A stretch of DNA of 64,000 bases from NCBI GenBank assembly GCA_964016885.1, contig OZ024743.1:52576001-52640000 (forward strand), read 5' to 3'. Below the pieces are notes generated by a model. The model saw only the letters and a list, made by a program, of their open reading frames with translations. It did no database searches and was not told where the DNA came from. Origin of the DNA: Eledone cirrhosa. Taxonomy: Eukaryota. The position numbers and the translations under genes are program-made. Positions 24,452-40,010 of the stretch are shown here, in pieces. Numbering within the stretch: position 1 is the stretch's first letter; every line of letters starts with the position of its first letter.

Positions 24452-24865
24452 AGAGGTACCTGGCGTTGCTCGGGTATTAAATAGCAGTTATGTATACCAT
24501 TTATGTCAATACTTCAGTGCTGCTTCAAAAACTATACTTTTACAAAATCATCGGCTTTTTCCCAAAGGGGGTTCCTGCCCCCAGGGGTCTCCTACTCAAT
24601 ATGTGCCAATTCACATTCATCTGTAGAACAAACGAAGCCCATGTGTCAAGTTTTGTGAAAATCGGTTGCGAACTCCAGAAGTTATGACGTTTTGTTGCAC
24701 TGCAGTGCTTCAGTCGACTCCAAGGAGGCGGTTGAAGGGGGTTATCTGCCGGGAGGCCCTATAATCAATATCTGGAAAAATGAAGGTGTCCATGACCATC
24801 CGGAGTACATCAGTAACCTATGTCTTAAGTTTGGTGAAAATACTGTAGAAATGCATAAGGCTTAC
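24452..24865 (-). mobile_element. Helitron-like fragment (3' end at left)
   Basis: Minus strand cccgagcaacgccagg hairpin motif shared with 58441 and 21385. Confidence 0.5.
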
Positions 24866-25079
24866 ACACACACGCACGTGTGTGCGTGCGTGCGTTTGTG
24901 TGTTTGTATGTATTTGTGCGTGTGTATGTAAATGTATGTGTATGTCCGTCGGCGCATACGTATGTACTGGCCTAAATCTTCACTATTTACTTTTACTATT
25001 TTAATAACCTCTGTCATTTTCGTTTTCAATTTTATTTACATCATTCTTAAACTCCGGGGCTGGAAATCATTCGGTTATT

Positions 25080-25360
25080 TTAAATAGAATATTAGTCTAA
25101 CGACTCCATTTTACCATAAACTTGGTCTTGTCTTTGCATGAAATTGTTCTTCTCAGCCCACATAACGACGTATTATCCTCGCTTTTTTTCCGTTCATTGC
25201 CAGGGAACGTCTTCACGAACCAAAATATCGTCTTCCTGTTTTCCTTCGGTTGCAACGTTTCTCGAAATATTTACTTCTGCGTTCACAGATTAAATTGTTT
25301 AGTTTCAGAAGATCCCGTTAATATTGAAAGCAGCGATTCTTTGCTTAAACTTTAATCTAT
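25080..25360. mobile_element. Dispersed repeat family with copies at 35935-36205, 36420-36570 and 41870-42245
   Basis: Shared gaaagcagcgattctttgcttaaactttaatct and ataacgacgtattatc; the 41870-42245 copy has inverted ends (MITE-like). Confidence 0.7.
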
Positions 25361-25366
25361 TCTTAT

Positions 25367-25465
<99 letters not shown>

Positions 25466-25758
25466 TTTGTACGGCTTTTGGAGGAAGGAGTGAGCAGCAG
25501 TACGTTGTTCGGTATTATTACGAAAAGGTGTAGCAGAGAATCCCGCGTGAACTAACAGCTCGGGAGGAAACTGCTTATCTCGAACATTCATTCGCCGTCG
25601 TTCTTGTCAATGCTCCGTTTTTTGGTATTTTTTAGTCTACAGTTAGATGAATGGCACAAAGGGTTATTGTTTATTGGCAAGAAGTTTTTTGAATAATAAA
25701 AGACGGGTTAAAGCAGCCTACAATATATATATATATATATCATAATATATATATACAC

Positions 25759-25821
<63 letters not shown>

Positions 25822-26019
25822 TACATATATATATATGTGTATATATGCATATATATATATGTGTGTATGTATGTATGTATGTATGTATGTACATGGTACC
25901 ATGGGCCCAGCACTATGTGTAAATAATTGTCGCAAGTCTACTAATGTGTAAATAATTGTCGCAAGTGGCCGTACTCGAAAACGAGTTGGCAGCCGCCATG
26001 TATATATATATATATGACA

Positions 26020-26602
<583 letters not shown>

Positions 26603-26660
26603 CATATATTTTTATGTGTATATTTATATATGTGTATATCTATATATGTGTAGTTGTTTG

Positions 26661-26711
<51 letters not shown>

Positions 26712-26714
<3 letters not shown>

Positions 26715-27553
26715 TGAAGCATATTAATTTGTCTCCGGATGTTTACTGAGGAGAGCGGGACATGATATTCCTACACTTATTTAACTCGAAACATATTTGG
26801 ATCTTAAAGTCTAAACTTATCTACGGAACAGGTTTGATTTTGAAATTTAAATGTGTCTAAACATCACGGCCTTTTGCCAATACAGTTCGTCTCCGTTGAT
26901 TTATTATTTTAAATCGATATGGACAAACTGTAGTATAATAATTAGTATACTTCAATCTGGCTAAATTTTTCTTTCGCAATATATATACAGATGTGTTGGT
27001 ATCTGTGTTTCATCACATACATATTAATTTATACACTGCTCAGGGGATATATTTTTCCTCATTCGAGCTGATTCCATTGTAAAAGAATTCATTACCTTAT
27101 TAATTTTAATCTGCTCCTAGTTTGAGCTGCAAAGCCCCCTCATATACACGACTGTTATTTCTAGCAGTACGGTTATGAGACTAGTTAGATACTGTAAAGC
27201 CATGTGCGCCACGCAGTCTTTTAAATTATTTAGAAGTGAAGCATATCAATTTGTCTCCGGATGTTTACTGAGGAGAGCGGGACATGATATCCCTCCACTT
27301 ATTTAACTCGAAACATATTTGGATCTTAAAGTCTAAACTTATCTACGGAACAGGTTTGATTTTGAAATTTAAATGTGTCTAAACATCACGGCCTTTTGCC
27401 AATACAGTTCGTCTCCGTTGATTTATTATTTTAAATCGATATGGACAAACTGTAGTATAATAATTAGTATACTTCAATCTGGCTAAATTTTTCTTTCGCA
27501 ATATATATACAGATGTGTTGGTATCTGTGTTTCATCACATACATATTAATTTA
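26712..27553 (+). mobile_element. 522-bp unit x1.6 partial tandem with a hammerhead-like motif in each repeat (retrozyme-like)
   Basis: 26712-27031 repeats at 27234-27553; CTGAGGA gag...ctc GAAA at 26746 and 27268; stems I and III weak; (TA)n flanks. Confidence 0.65.
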
Positions 27554-28064
27554 TATATATATATATGTATATGTGTATATATGTGTGTGTATATCTATAT
27601 ATGTGTATATATATATGTATATATAAGTATATATGTGTATATATGTATATATATATGTGTGTGTGTGTGTATGTGTGTGTGTGTGTGTGTGAGTGAATGT
27701 AGCGAAGATAATACGTCAGCAATGACGTGTTCGTCAGAATGTCGTTATGCAGACAGATATTATAAGGGCTCGACGGCGATCGAGAACCAGCGCCTAACAC
27801 CCCTTTAACAACAGAAAATTGAAAAATAAAAGCGGTAGTTAGTATCTATAGACCACAAGGAATATATAAATGCAAGTTTGAAGTCAATCGGAGTAGAAAT
27901 GTGGATTTGTATAGACTTTGCAAAAATGATGACACACACACAGACAACATCAGTTTTATATATATAGATACGAAGTATTTCCGTAGGAATGGTAATGGAA
28001 AGGAGAGTGCTCTATGTATGCTACAGAGCTATTTAGTTATGTAATAAACAACATAAGACAATTA

Positions 28065-28138
28065 TTCCATTTTACCAAAGGTTTCACGAAGACAGACGAT
28101 CTCAACACAGACGTCTGAAATCGCTCATCAGAATGAAA
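28065..28138 (-). ncRNA. Type-I hammerhead motif (family B) in the 28040-28227 foldback element
   Basis: tttcatt CTGATGA gcga..cagacg/cgtctg..tcgt GAAA cc-ttt-gg TA (a)aatggaa; the right arm carries only the 3' half. Confidence 0.7.
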
Positions 28139-28220
28139 AGTTTACGTCCATATTAAATTTCGTTGAGCTCGTCTGTCTTCGTGAAACCTTTGGTAAATGG
28201 AATAATTGTCTTATGTTGTT

Positions 28221-28532
<312 letters not shown>

Positions 28533-28705
28533 CAGTACCGTTACAGGGGTCGAAACTGCCAATGACCCTGGAGTTCTGTGTCTTTCGTTTGTATGCTTAC
28601 TTTTGAAAAATGATTGTTTAAGGTTTTTCCCTTAAAAAATTGTTTTTCGTTTTCCCTTGTTTCTGTTCGTTGTCTTGTCGCCTATTTGATAATTTTCTTA
28701 AGTTT

Positions 28706-28741
<36 letters not shown>

Positions 28742-28907
28742 TAGAAAGTGAGGTTTTTTTTACAAAATGAAAAATAACCGAGGTGTCCTACACGAGTGAA
28801 AGTATAAGGAAAAAAGATGAAATCGAAAATGCAACTGGAGTCTTTTTAAAAAAAAATATATATATTTATTTGGTTCCTTTATCGGTTTCGCAGTTCTTCT
28901 GCTTTTC

Positions 28908-28941
<34 letters not shown>

Positions 28942-28944
<3 letters not shown>

Positions 28945-29448
28945 AACATTTTATTTAAAATTATTGGGTTACAACGAGTAAATATTTTATAACTGATATA
29001 AAAGCACTCAACAGATTTTGGAGTATTTTACGATATTAAACAAATGGAAACTACATTTATAAAACCATATTTATTTCATTATATATATTTCAGGGATATC
29101 ATATTAAAAATATGGTATGCCCTCTTCAGACAAAATACAATATATAAACAGTTTTATAAATAAATTTGACATACCTTAAGAAATTTTACAACTTCCATTT
29201 AAAAAGAAATTTTACAACTTCCATTTAAAAAGTTGCTACCATAGCAACTTTTTAAATGGAAGTTGTAAAATTTTTTTTTAAATGGAAGTTGTAAAATTTC
29301 TTAAGGTATGTCAAATTTATTTATAAAACTGTTTATATATTGTATTTTGTCTGAAGAGGGCATACCATATTTTTAATATGATATCCCTGAAATATATATA
29401 ATGAAATAAATATGGTTTTATAAATGTAGTTTCCATTTGTTTAATATC

Positions 29449-29450
<2 letters not shown>
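28942..29450. mobile_element. Palindromic element (arms 29030-29450, centre 29240) with two outward-facing family-A hammerheads at 29072-29137 (-) and 29343-29408 (+)
   Basis: tattttgt CTGAAGA gggcataccatat..atatgatatccct GAAA tatata TA atgaaata on both strands; (TA)n on both sides. Confidence 0.85.
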
Positions 29451-29493
<43 letters not shown>

Positions 29494-29517
29494 GTAATAA
29501 ACAACATAAGGCAATTA

Positions 29518-29577
29518 TTCCATTTACCAGTGGTTTCTTAAAAGCAAAAGGTTTTGCTTTCAATCCTCAGAATGAAA
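29518..29577 (-). ncRNA. Complete type-I hammerhead motif (family B)
   Basis: tttcatt CTGAGGA ttgaaagcaaaa-cc-ttttgcttttaa GAAA cc-act-gg TA aatggaa; all three stems pair. Confidence 0.85.
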
Positions 29578-29710
29578 AAATCCTGGTTTGTTTATTGAAT
29601 TTGGATCTTAAAAACAAAAAAAGCAAGCTATATGAAAGGGAGGCTGGAGAAGGAAGAAGGAAAGGAAAAATAAAAATAAAATAAGACTACCCATACAACC
29701 ACACATACAC

Positions 29711-29857
<147 letters not shown>

Positions 29858-29954
29858 ATTCCGGGTTGAATCGGAGGCAGCCACAGTAAGCAAGGCACTC
29901 AGTACACCGCAGAGCATGAAGGTTATAATACAGATGAGAATCTGTGTATGTATA

Positions 29955-30039
<85 letters not shown>

Positions 30040-30938
30040 GTATGCGCGCACGCACGCACGCGTATACAAATATAAATATATTTCCCCCATACACATGTGT
30101 GTGCGTGCATGCGCGCATACGCGCAGGGTATGTTCTGTTGAAAGTGTCTCGTGAATTTATGGCTACAGTTGTATAGATTATACTTAGAAATTGTCTACAG
30201 AATTCCCTAAACCTTCGTCAATTTACTAGAACCTTTAAGAATTTAGCTTTTAAGGAATCTCCCCTTCCTCCAAAACTATCTACCATGACTGACATATATA
30301 TATATATGAAAAGCATAGAACGTTAGTTCAAAACTTCATAAAATATATTTGCTTACGAAAAAAAAAGGCAGTAAAAATATGCGAATAACACTCCTGACGA
30401 CGAGACTATGTGAGTCTGGACACGTTGATAAAATTACGACTTTTGTTTTTCCAGATAAGTTGTACAGACCTTAGAAGATAATAGAAGGTTCTTACAAAGA
30501 AACTCATATTTATAAAGCAGTGTTCCGGCTAGGGACAGTTTCAGTAGTTTTAAAGCTAAAGGGTGTGTTATTTGGTCTTTAATGTGTCTTAAACTAACAA
30601 TCAATAGACTGGGTGTCTAATGTAACAGAAGTCACACAACCTCGACAGTTCGAATCCCACGAGGGGAGGACGTTCAAGATAATTTGGAACAAATCAAAAC
30701 ATGGAAAGATGACGCCTATGTTTGAATAAGAACGCTAACTAGCAGTTATTGTAATTGTTATTGTTGTTGTTGTTGTTGTGGTCTTAACATAATTCTCAGG
30801 TCGAATCAGGGCAACACAATAGGATAAGGCTGGGCCTTTGTGTGTGTATATATATATATATATAAATATACAATATATATATATATATATATATTGTATA
30901 TATATATATATATACAATATATATATGTATACACACAG

Positions 30939-30978
<40 letters not shown>

Positions 30979-30998
30979 TGTATATATATATATATATA

Positions 30999-31469
30999 TG
31001 TGGAAAGTTATATTTAAAATTGTTGGGTTACAACTAGTAAATATTTATAACTGATATAAAAGCACTCGACAAATATTTGGAGTATATTTACAATATTAAA
31101 TAAATGGAAAACTATATTTATAAAACCATATTTATTTCATTATATATATTTCGGGGATATCATATTAACAATATGCTATGCCTTCATCAGACAAAATACA
31201 ATATAAACAGTTTTATAGATAAATAGATTCGACATACCGTTATAACACCGACTTCATTTGAAGAGGTTTAAGCTGGCAGCTTAAACCTCTTCAAATGAAG
31301 TCGGTGTTATAACGGTATGTCGAATCTATTTATCTATAAAACTGTTTATATTGTATTTTGTCTGATGAAGGCATAGCATATTGTTAATATGATATCCCCG
31401 AAATATATATAATGAAATAAATATGGTTTTATAAATATAGTTTTCCATTTATTTAATATTGTAAATATA
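30999..31469. mobile_element. Palindromic element (arms 31083-31469, centre 31276) with family-A hammerheads at 31133-31198 (-) and 31354-31419 (+)
   Basis: tattttgt CTGATGA aggcatagcatatt..aatatgatatcccc GAAA tatata TA atgaaata on both strands. Confidence 0.85.
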
Positions 31470-31551
31470 TGTATATTGTATATATATATATATGTATATT
31501 TTATATATATATATATGTATATTGTATATATATATATAAATATGAATATAA

Positions 31552-31584
<33 letters not shown>

Positions 31585-31762
31585 CGTGTGTGTGTGTAAT
31601 TAGGATTTCAAAATTAAGTTGTGTCGGCGACAAATAAAAGGCACAGAAAACTCGAAAAAGATCGACACATGAAGAGTTCTCGCCCACCAGCTGTCTTATG
31701 GGGATCATCATAGTTTCGGTTGTGTAAAGGCTACTACACATGCACACATGCATACACACACA

Positions 31763-31821
<59 letters not shown>

Positions 31822-31825
<4 letters not shown>

Positions 31826-33953
31826 ATGAAATGACAGGAGGCTGGATTTGTGTAAATCCTTGAAAGGTTTATTATACTATGATCATTTCAATGACCGGGT
31901 TCCGTATGAATCCGGTGATATCATCAGGTATTCGAAATATAATACGTGAATGTAATAGGTAAAATCCATGGGGCTGAAAATCGAGACCCGAGGGCGACCG
32001 CTATTCTGTTCCTTCAACCTCAGCCGGTCGCCCTGGAGTGACGTGGCTAAATTTTATAGTATGCTACTACCGGTCAGATGAACGAAAACAGAAAGAGATG
32101 GGAGCATAGGTTAACGTCGATCCCATGACACAAGGTAAAAGAAAGAAAGAAAGGAAGGAGAAGAAGGGGGAAGAAAGAAGAAGAGAAGTCAGGGTTAATG
32201 TCAGCTAAAAGAGGAAGGTAACTACTACTGGTCAGATATAGGCAAGCAAGAGGGGGAAGGAAGATAAGTCTGCGGGAGTAGGAGAGGAGAGAAGGAAGGG
32301 AAGAGAGAAGTAGAAAAGTAAGGGTTGATGGCTACAAGAAGGAAGATAGAAAGGAAGAGGAAGAAAGGTCGATATTAATGTCAGACCACATTCAAGCCAG
32401 GAGTGGCGCGAGAAAATTTTCACAGGGACCCGCATCTTAGCGGAGATGAATATATTGGGAGTCAGTGTTTTACAGTGTTTAGACTTCTAGGATGAAGTTA
32501 AAAAAATTAATAATCAATATTCAATATTAAAGAGGTTAGAAAATTTAAAGTTCAACAGTTTAACAATTAATTATATAATAGTTCCGATTTGTTCTGTAAT
32601 TTAAAGGTACTATTTGGCGGTTAAAACAACGGCCGGGCCCCATGGCGAATTAAGCCACGCCGAGTATTTTCATTTACTGAAAGAAGGGGAAATTTATTTT
32701 TCCAAGCACTCCAGGTGAGCTGGTTCGCCAGGGAGCTGGTCGCGGCGCCATTAAAACCCACCCCACAGTCCGACAGAAAGTTGGAACTTTAAAATTTAGC
32801 TTAGAGAAGTAAAAGAGTAATGGTTGATAGCTACAAGAAGGAAGATAGAAAGAGAGAGGAAGGAAGGTCGATATTAATGTCACACCACGGTCGGGCCAGG
32901 AGTGGCGCGACAAAATTTTCACAGGGACTCGCATCTTAGCAGAGGTGAATATATTGGGGGTCAGTGTGTTACAATGTTTAGACTTATAGGATGAAGTTAA
33001 AAAATTAATAAATTAATAATCAATATTCCATATTAAAGAGGTTAGAAAACTTAAAGCCCAACAGTTTCAGGTTGATATATATAATAGTTCCGATTTGTTC
33101 TGTAATTTAAAGGTACTATTTGGCGGTTATAACACCGGCCGCGCCCCAGGCCCCATGGCTAATTAAGCCACGCCGAGTATTTTCATTTACCGAAAGAAGG
33201 GGAATTTATTTTTCCAAGCACTCCAGGTGAGCCCGTTCGCCAGGGAGCTGGTCGCGCCGCCGCTAAAACCCACCCAACGGTCCGACAGAAAGTTGGAACT
33301 TTAGAATTTTGCTTAACTCTATCGGATGAAGTTGAAAGAATTCAGAATAACATTATGAAACTAAGGAGTAAGAGGATTGAGAGTTGAACAAACAGAAAAT
33401 TGAAGATTAGACATTCAAATAACTTCTATGAGGTTTTGGGTTGCGGGGTTTAATTAAATAGTCTTTTATGAAGGAACGTTAATTGTATTATGTAGATCTG
33501 TAATTTATCCTAGTGGGATGTAGAGTACGGGATATAGTCGTGTAATGTTTAATTTTTGTTCTCAGGAGGAGACATTCTAGTGTCGTGTGCTAATGGGTAC
33601 AGGTCCCAATGTGAGGAGTAGAAATACATGGATACATAGAAGTGGAATACGTGGAAGAGCTAATGGGTACAGGTCCCAATGTGAGGGGTAGAAATACATG
33701 GATACATAGAAGTGGAATACGTGGAAGAGCACATTGGTACAGCAGAGGTATAAATATATAAACATATCAATATATAGGTATAAACATGTAAATAAACCAA
33801 CAAGAGTGGTGTTGGAGTAAGATGGAGAAATCAGGACATTAATACAGCAAACAAAGACGGTTGAACTGCTTTACGTTGAGTACTCTCTATATTATTGCAT
33901 TACGATTGACCATACGGAATAGACCAGCTCTATACAGTGGTGAACCTCAAACC

Positions 33954-33957
<4 letters not shown>
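31822..33957 (-). mobile_element. 2.1-kb element between (TA)n tracts with a hammerhead at 31874-31931 and an internal ~500-bp tandem duplication
   Basis: atac CTGATGA tatcaccgg..ccggtcatt GAAA tgatca TA gtat; 32303-32802 repeats at 32803-33315; 70-bp duplication at 33589-33730; no intact ORF. Confidence 0.6.
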
Positions 33958-34012
<55 letters not shown>

Positions 34013-34094
34013 TAAAACAGAAAACAAAAAAAACAAAGCGAAGGGGGAGTACAAAGTGTTAATATTAGGTTCACGCTTGAGAGTGGGGGTGGGG

Positions 34095-34128
34095 GACGAC
34101 GTTTCGGGCATAAGCCCTTCATCGGGAG
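34095..34128 (-). ncRNA. Degenerate minimal hammerhead (same family as 61352-61387)
   Basis: CCGATGA a gggc-ttat-gccc GAAAC GTC; downstream tcaagcgtKaacctaatat shared with ~61405. Confidence 0.5.
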
Positions 34129-34189
34129 AAAGGTGGACAGGAAGAGAGTTCCGAGGGTGTGAGGGGGAGTGGTGGAAAGACATTAAAAG

Positions 34190-34230
<41 letters not shown>

Positions 34231-36371
34231 ACAGGAAAGCTCTAAGGTAAAGTTGACCGCAGAGTGTAAAAAGCCGCACCGAAAAAATACCGCAAGGTAT
34301 TCCATAGGCCACTCCAAAGTTTATGATGATTCAGCGAATTGTTTAACGTTTATCTGCTCTGTCTCTTGAATATTCCACTGCGATGGTGTTTTATGACAGA
34401 TTCTTATCGTTCTATCGGTGTTCCAGGAATGACCACTCTGTCTTCTTTTCTGTTATATTATATCTAAAGTCCAAATCCTGCCATGGTTAACTTTGTCTCT
34501 CATTCTTTTGAGGTCGATAAATAAAGTAGTAGTCCAGCAGTTCGGGGGATTGGCGGAATTGATAGAAAGTCAGACGGGGGTGCTTTGCGATATTTGATCT
34601 GTTTTTGTGTTCTGTGTTCATATTCTGCCTTTTTCTACTAGGAGGTGGGTGGAATATCATCAAGAAATATGTCACTCCTGACCCGGATCGCACTTAATTC
34701 ACTTCCAAACTATCAAACTCCCAGTTTTCTAGACTTCCAGATTACTAGACTTCCAGACTATCAGACTACCAGACTACCAGACCTCCTGACTACCAGTCTT
34801 CCAGAGTTCCAGACTAGCAGTCTTTCAGACTTCTCCACCTCCAGACATGATGTCTGAGGCCTTGCAGAGTTCTTTGTAAAGGCATTTATTTGAATGAATT
34901 TATATGATGTATTTATAGAATATATTTTAATTGTATACACATACGCTCGTCTATATACTGATATATTGTAACAGTGTACTGTACGGGATTTACTAATGGT
35001 TTATTTACTACAACCAACTCATAAAACAGCGTAATGACTAAAATTTCCTAGGAATGACAGCAATACTCAGAATATATTTTCCCTGCATCCCAGAATAATA
35101 TATATTTTTCAGAAAAGGTTTATGAAATAAGATATACTGCTAAGAAAGATTAAATTAGAGCAGGCTATCAAATTCTTGTGTTATATAGTGATAAGACCTC
35201 GTTAACAGATTTTCTACAGACTAAAGTAAGTCTACATTACACAGTGATATGAAAGGAAGGTTCCAGTTTGATAATACTCTCCCAATGAAATATAAAACTG
35301 TTGGACGTTGATAGAAATTGAGGGAAACCGTAATAGTTGACCCGGACATCTGAGAAATAGATGGAGGGCTGGAGGAGGGGGGGAGATATGAATGGCGGGA
35401 TAGAAGGGGTTGTGGGATGGAAAGAAAGAAGAAAGGAAAGGAAAGGAATTATACACATCAGCTGTTGAGATATTGTCTAAACAAAGAAACGAAAGACATT
35501 CTCAAACGAAATACACATATAACATGCTTATACACACATACATGCACATACCTATACACACACACATATGTACACACACACATTACACGAACACACATTA
35601 CATACACCACCCATCACATGTCATCAATATAATTGACATTAACAACAACTACAACAACATTTACAACAAACATCAAATGGACTGAATTAAGTTTGTCATC
35701 TGAGTTCCTCTGATGTTATACTCCGCCCCCCCCCCCACACAGACCCCCCACACACAAACTCACACACACACACACATACTCACACATACACACACATATA
35801 CACACATATACACACATACATATATATATATATATGGTAATAATAATAATAAATGTGTAGACTAAAATCCAAAGAGGGCTCGATAAGGATAGATATATAT
35901 CAAATATATAAGAACCGTAGAGCAAATATTTATTAAAATAACAGATTAAAGTTTAAGCAAAGAATCGCTGCTTTCACCCTTAACGGGATCTTCTGAAACT
36001 AAAAAAATCAATCTGTGAACGCAGAAGTAAATATTTCGAAAAAGGTTGCAACCGAAGGAAAACGGCAAGACGATACTTTGGTTCATAAAGACGTTCCCTG
36101 GCAAAGAACGGAAAAAGCGAAGATAATACGTCGTTATGTGGGGCGGTGAGAACAATTACACGCAAAGACAAAACCACGTTTATGGTATAAATGGAGTCGT
36201 AGACTGGATTCGCAATCTTCAGGTTGTCAGTTCGATTGCTGGACCGAGCGATGCGTTGTGTCCTTGAGCAAGACACTTTATTTCACGTTGCTCCTTCTGC
36301 CTGGAGTTTCGACCGATAGATAGTATCAGCAATTGGAAAGACCAACGGAAACATTGTTTCCTCGGTCCGAC

Positions 36372-36411
<40 letters not shown>

Positions 36412-36570
36412 GTATATAAGAACCAAAGTATCGTCTTCCTGTCTTCCCCCGGTTGCAACGTTTTTTGAAATATTCACTTCTGCGTTCACAGATTGACTTT
36501 GTTAGTTTCAGAAGATCCCATTAAGGGTGAAAGCAGCGATTCTTTGCTTAAACTTTAATCTGTTATTTTA

Positions 36571-36614
<44 letters not shown>

Positions 36615-36615
36615 G

Positions 36616-36646
<31 letters not shown>

Positions 36647-36650
36647 ATAT

Positions 36651-36833
36651 AACAAAGGAATTGTGGTAAGGAACCAGATGGACCATAACGCACGAGAGTA
36701 CTCAATACTTAGGGTAGTAGAGTGGGAAATAGGAAAAAGTATGACCCCGACGGCAGAGCTCAAGCCGTTTCGACGGCTATTTCTGGACCCGAAACGGCTT
36801 GAGCTCTGCCGTCGGGGTCATAATTTTTCCTAT
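36651..36833. mobile_element. Foldback element (arms 36729-36833) made of two hammerhead 3' halves; relatives at 42413-42505 and 58620-58814
   Basis: GAAA cggc-ttgagctct-gccg TC ggggtc on both strands; no CUGANGA; in (TA)n. Confidence 0.65.
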
Positions 36834-36864
36834 ATATATATATATATATATATATTATGGTCAG

Positions 36865-37165
36865 AAACATAGCTGAGTGGTTATAAAGTCCACTTCGTAT
36901 TCATTAGGTCCCGAGTTCAATGACAGTGCCTGGTATTATGAGCAAATGTCTTTATCATAGCTTCGGGTGGACGGAGGCCTTGTGAGTGTAACTGGGTAGA
37001 GGGTAATTGCGTAGAGACTCATCGGGTGGCCTGTACGTGTGATTGAGAGGTCCAGCCTTCCCACACGTTGTGTTACGCTGATTCGGCTTAGGAATTACGT
37101 TAAGGGTCAACGAGTCTGTGAAATTCGCAAATGTATGCTCATCGTTGAAACCGACAAAGGATACT
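36865..37165 (+). mobile_element. tRNA-derived SINE, diverged
   Basis: A-box tagctgagtggtta, B-box-like gagttcaatg, body gagcaaatgtcttt..gccttgtgagtg. Confidence 0.55.
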
Positions 37166-37216
<51 letters not shown>

Positions 37217-37407
37217 AGCACACACACACATATATATATATATATATACATGTACACATTAACATACGAACAGCTTTTTCTTGCCTTCTCTCTCAACAAA
37301 TCTTTCTTAACGCCAGCCCCACCCCACAACACCCACCATCACAATCTATAATGGCTACATCGATCATAGATAATTGAATTGCTTCTAGCTCTTAGTCACA
37401 CACACAG

Positions 37408-37460
<53 letters not shown>

Positions 37461-37594
37461 CGCTCGGTGTATGTATTTTACATTAAAAAATCAAAGTGTC
37501 TTCCCAAGATTGTAGCTTTGCATGTATCGTCTGGAGTATTGGACTCACGCAATTGTATTGTATTGTGTATCATGGTGGAGATACACGATATGGT

Positions 37595-37676
37595 GTTGCT
37601 GTTGATGGTGGGGAGGTAGGCCTGCCACATACACATACACACATACACACACACTATTGATGGTGGGGATGTGAAC

Positions 37677-37719
<43 letters not shown>

Positions 37720-37889
37720 CTGTTGGTGGTGGGGAGCTAAGCCTATACACACACACTGTTGATGGTGGGGATGTAAGCCTACACACACACACTCACACAC
37801 ACACAAACACATGCGCACACACACACACACACTGTTGATGGTGGGGATGTAAGCCTATAACACACACACTCACACACACACAAACACAT

Positions 37890-37941
<52 letters not shown>

Positions 37942-37975
37942 TTGATGGTGGGGATGTAAGCCTACACACACACAT
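37595..37975. repeat. ~26-bp constant motif separated by variable (CA)n tracts
   Basis: ctgttgatggtggggatgtaagccta repeated 6 times with CA-tract spacers of different length. Confidence 0.85.
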
Positions 37976-38067
37976 ACATACACACACACATATATATATA
38001 TAGTTGAAAATGAGCAAACAAAACACAGGAGGCAATTGTACACAGTTATATTAAGTTCACGCTTGGT

Positions 38068-38117
<50 letters not shown>

Positions 38118-38253
38118 GTATATATATACATATATGATAGTTACTTTATCATTTTTAGATATATTAGTTGTGTATATATACTTTTCTATGTTTTGACATA
38201 AAGGGAAATATATACACGTTTGTATTCATTTGTACACATATACATACATATCT

Positions 38254-39115
<862 letters not shown>

Positions 39116-39869
39116 TATAGGATTTTCTGAATGAAGTAGAAATACTTATAGTGTTTGTAGGAGCGAATTATATCGTTATTTCGTTATTTATTAATTTCAT
39201 GTTTCTATTTCTTCATGTTTCTATTTATCTTCCATATATTTATTTATTCATATAACTATCAGAGTATTTAACCTACTTAGTGAAGTGAATTTTAAATTAA
39301 ATTGTTTTGGATAAAATTGCTTCTTTTAGCGGATATATTTCGTCCTTTTCACTACTACAACTGTAAACTCAATAAAAAAATAACACATTGAATAATAAAT
39401 ATAAAATATATATTTTTTAAATATTTAAACATATATTGAATAATTGAAGTTGACAGTTTTTACCAGCAAATAATTTGTATGTTATGGTCCTCTTCTGGCC
39501 TTCTAATGACCTCTCCGTAACTACCGTTCCTTTCCACTGCCCCCGAGCTAACCCCAGTGGAACATTAGCGCTCACTTCGGGAATCACTAACACTGGCAGA
39601 TTAACCTTGCATGGGGCCCGAGGCTAAAAATTCCACCAAGGCCGTTGCGTATTATTTATGGTAGCAAAAGAAGAAAATTGAGGTCCTTTAAATATTGTGT
39701 TGGGCCCTTAATATACCACTGATTACAAGTGTAAACCCTACCGAAGGTACTTTATTAATTGTATGTTACAGCTCACACCTATGCAGATTTAGCTGGCCTC
39801 CTCCAAGGTATATCTCGTTGGAGCTGTCTTGGGTGATTTAATGATAGGGACCCTAGTCCTATCATCTCA

Positions 39870-40010
39870 TTTCTACAGCTGAGTAAACTGGAGCAACGTG
39901 AAATGAAGTGTCTTGCTCAAGGAAACAACACATCACCCGGTCCGAGAATTGAACTCACAACCTTTCGATTGCAAGCCCAATGCTCTAACCACTAAGCCAT
40001 GCGCCTTCAC
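39870..40010 (-). mobile_element. tRNA-derived SINE (related copies 36215-36370 +, 40470-40652 -, 40900-41070 +, 46985-47150 -)
   Basis: Minus strand A-box tggcttagtggttagag, B-box gagttcaattctc, body ccttgagcaagacacttcatttcac. Confidence 0.8.

Noticed and set aside
30385-30430. Hammerhead-like CTGACGA..agac/gtct..GACAcgtt
   Set aside because: GAAA is mutated and stem I does not pair; at most a dead relic, so not counted
37595-37975. CRISPR-like pattern of constant repeats with variable spacers
   Set aside because: Spacers are only CA tracts, the context is eukaryotic and no cas genes are present
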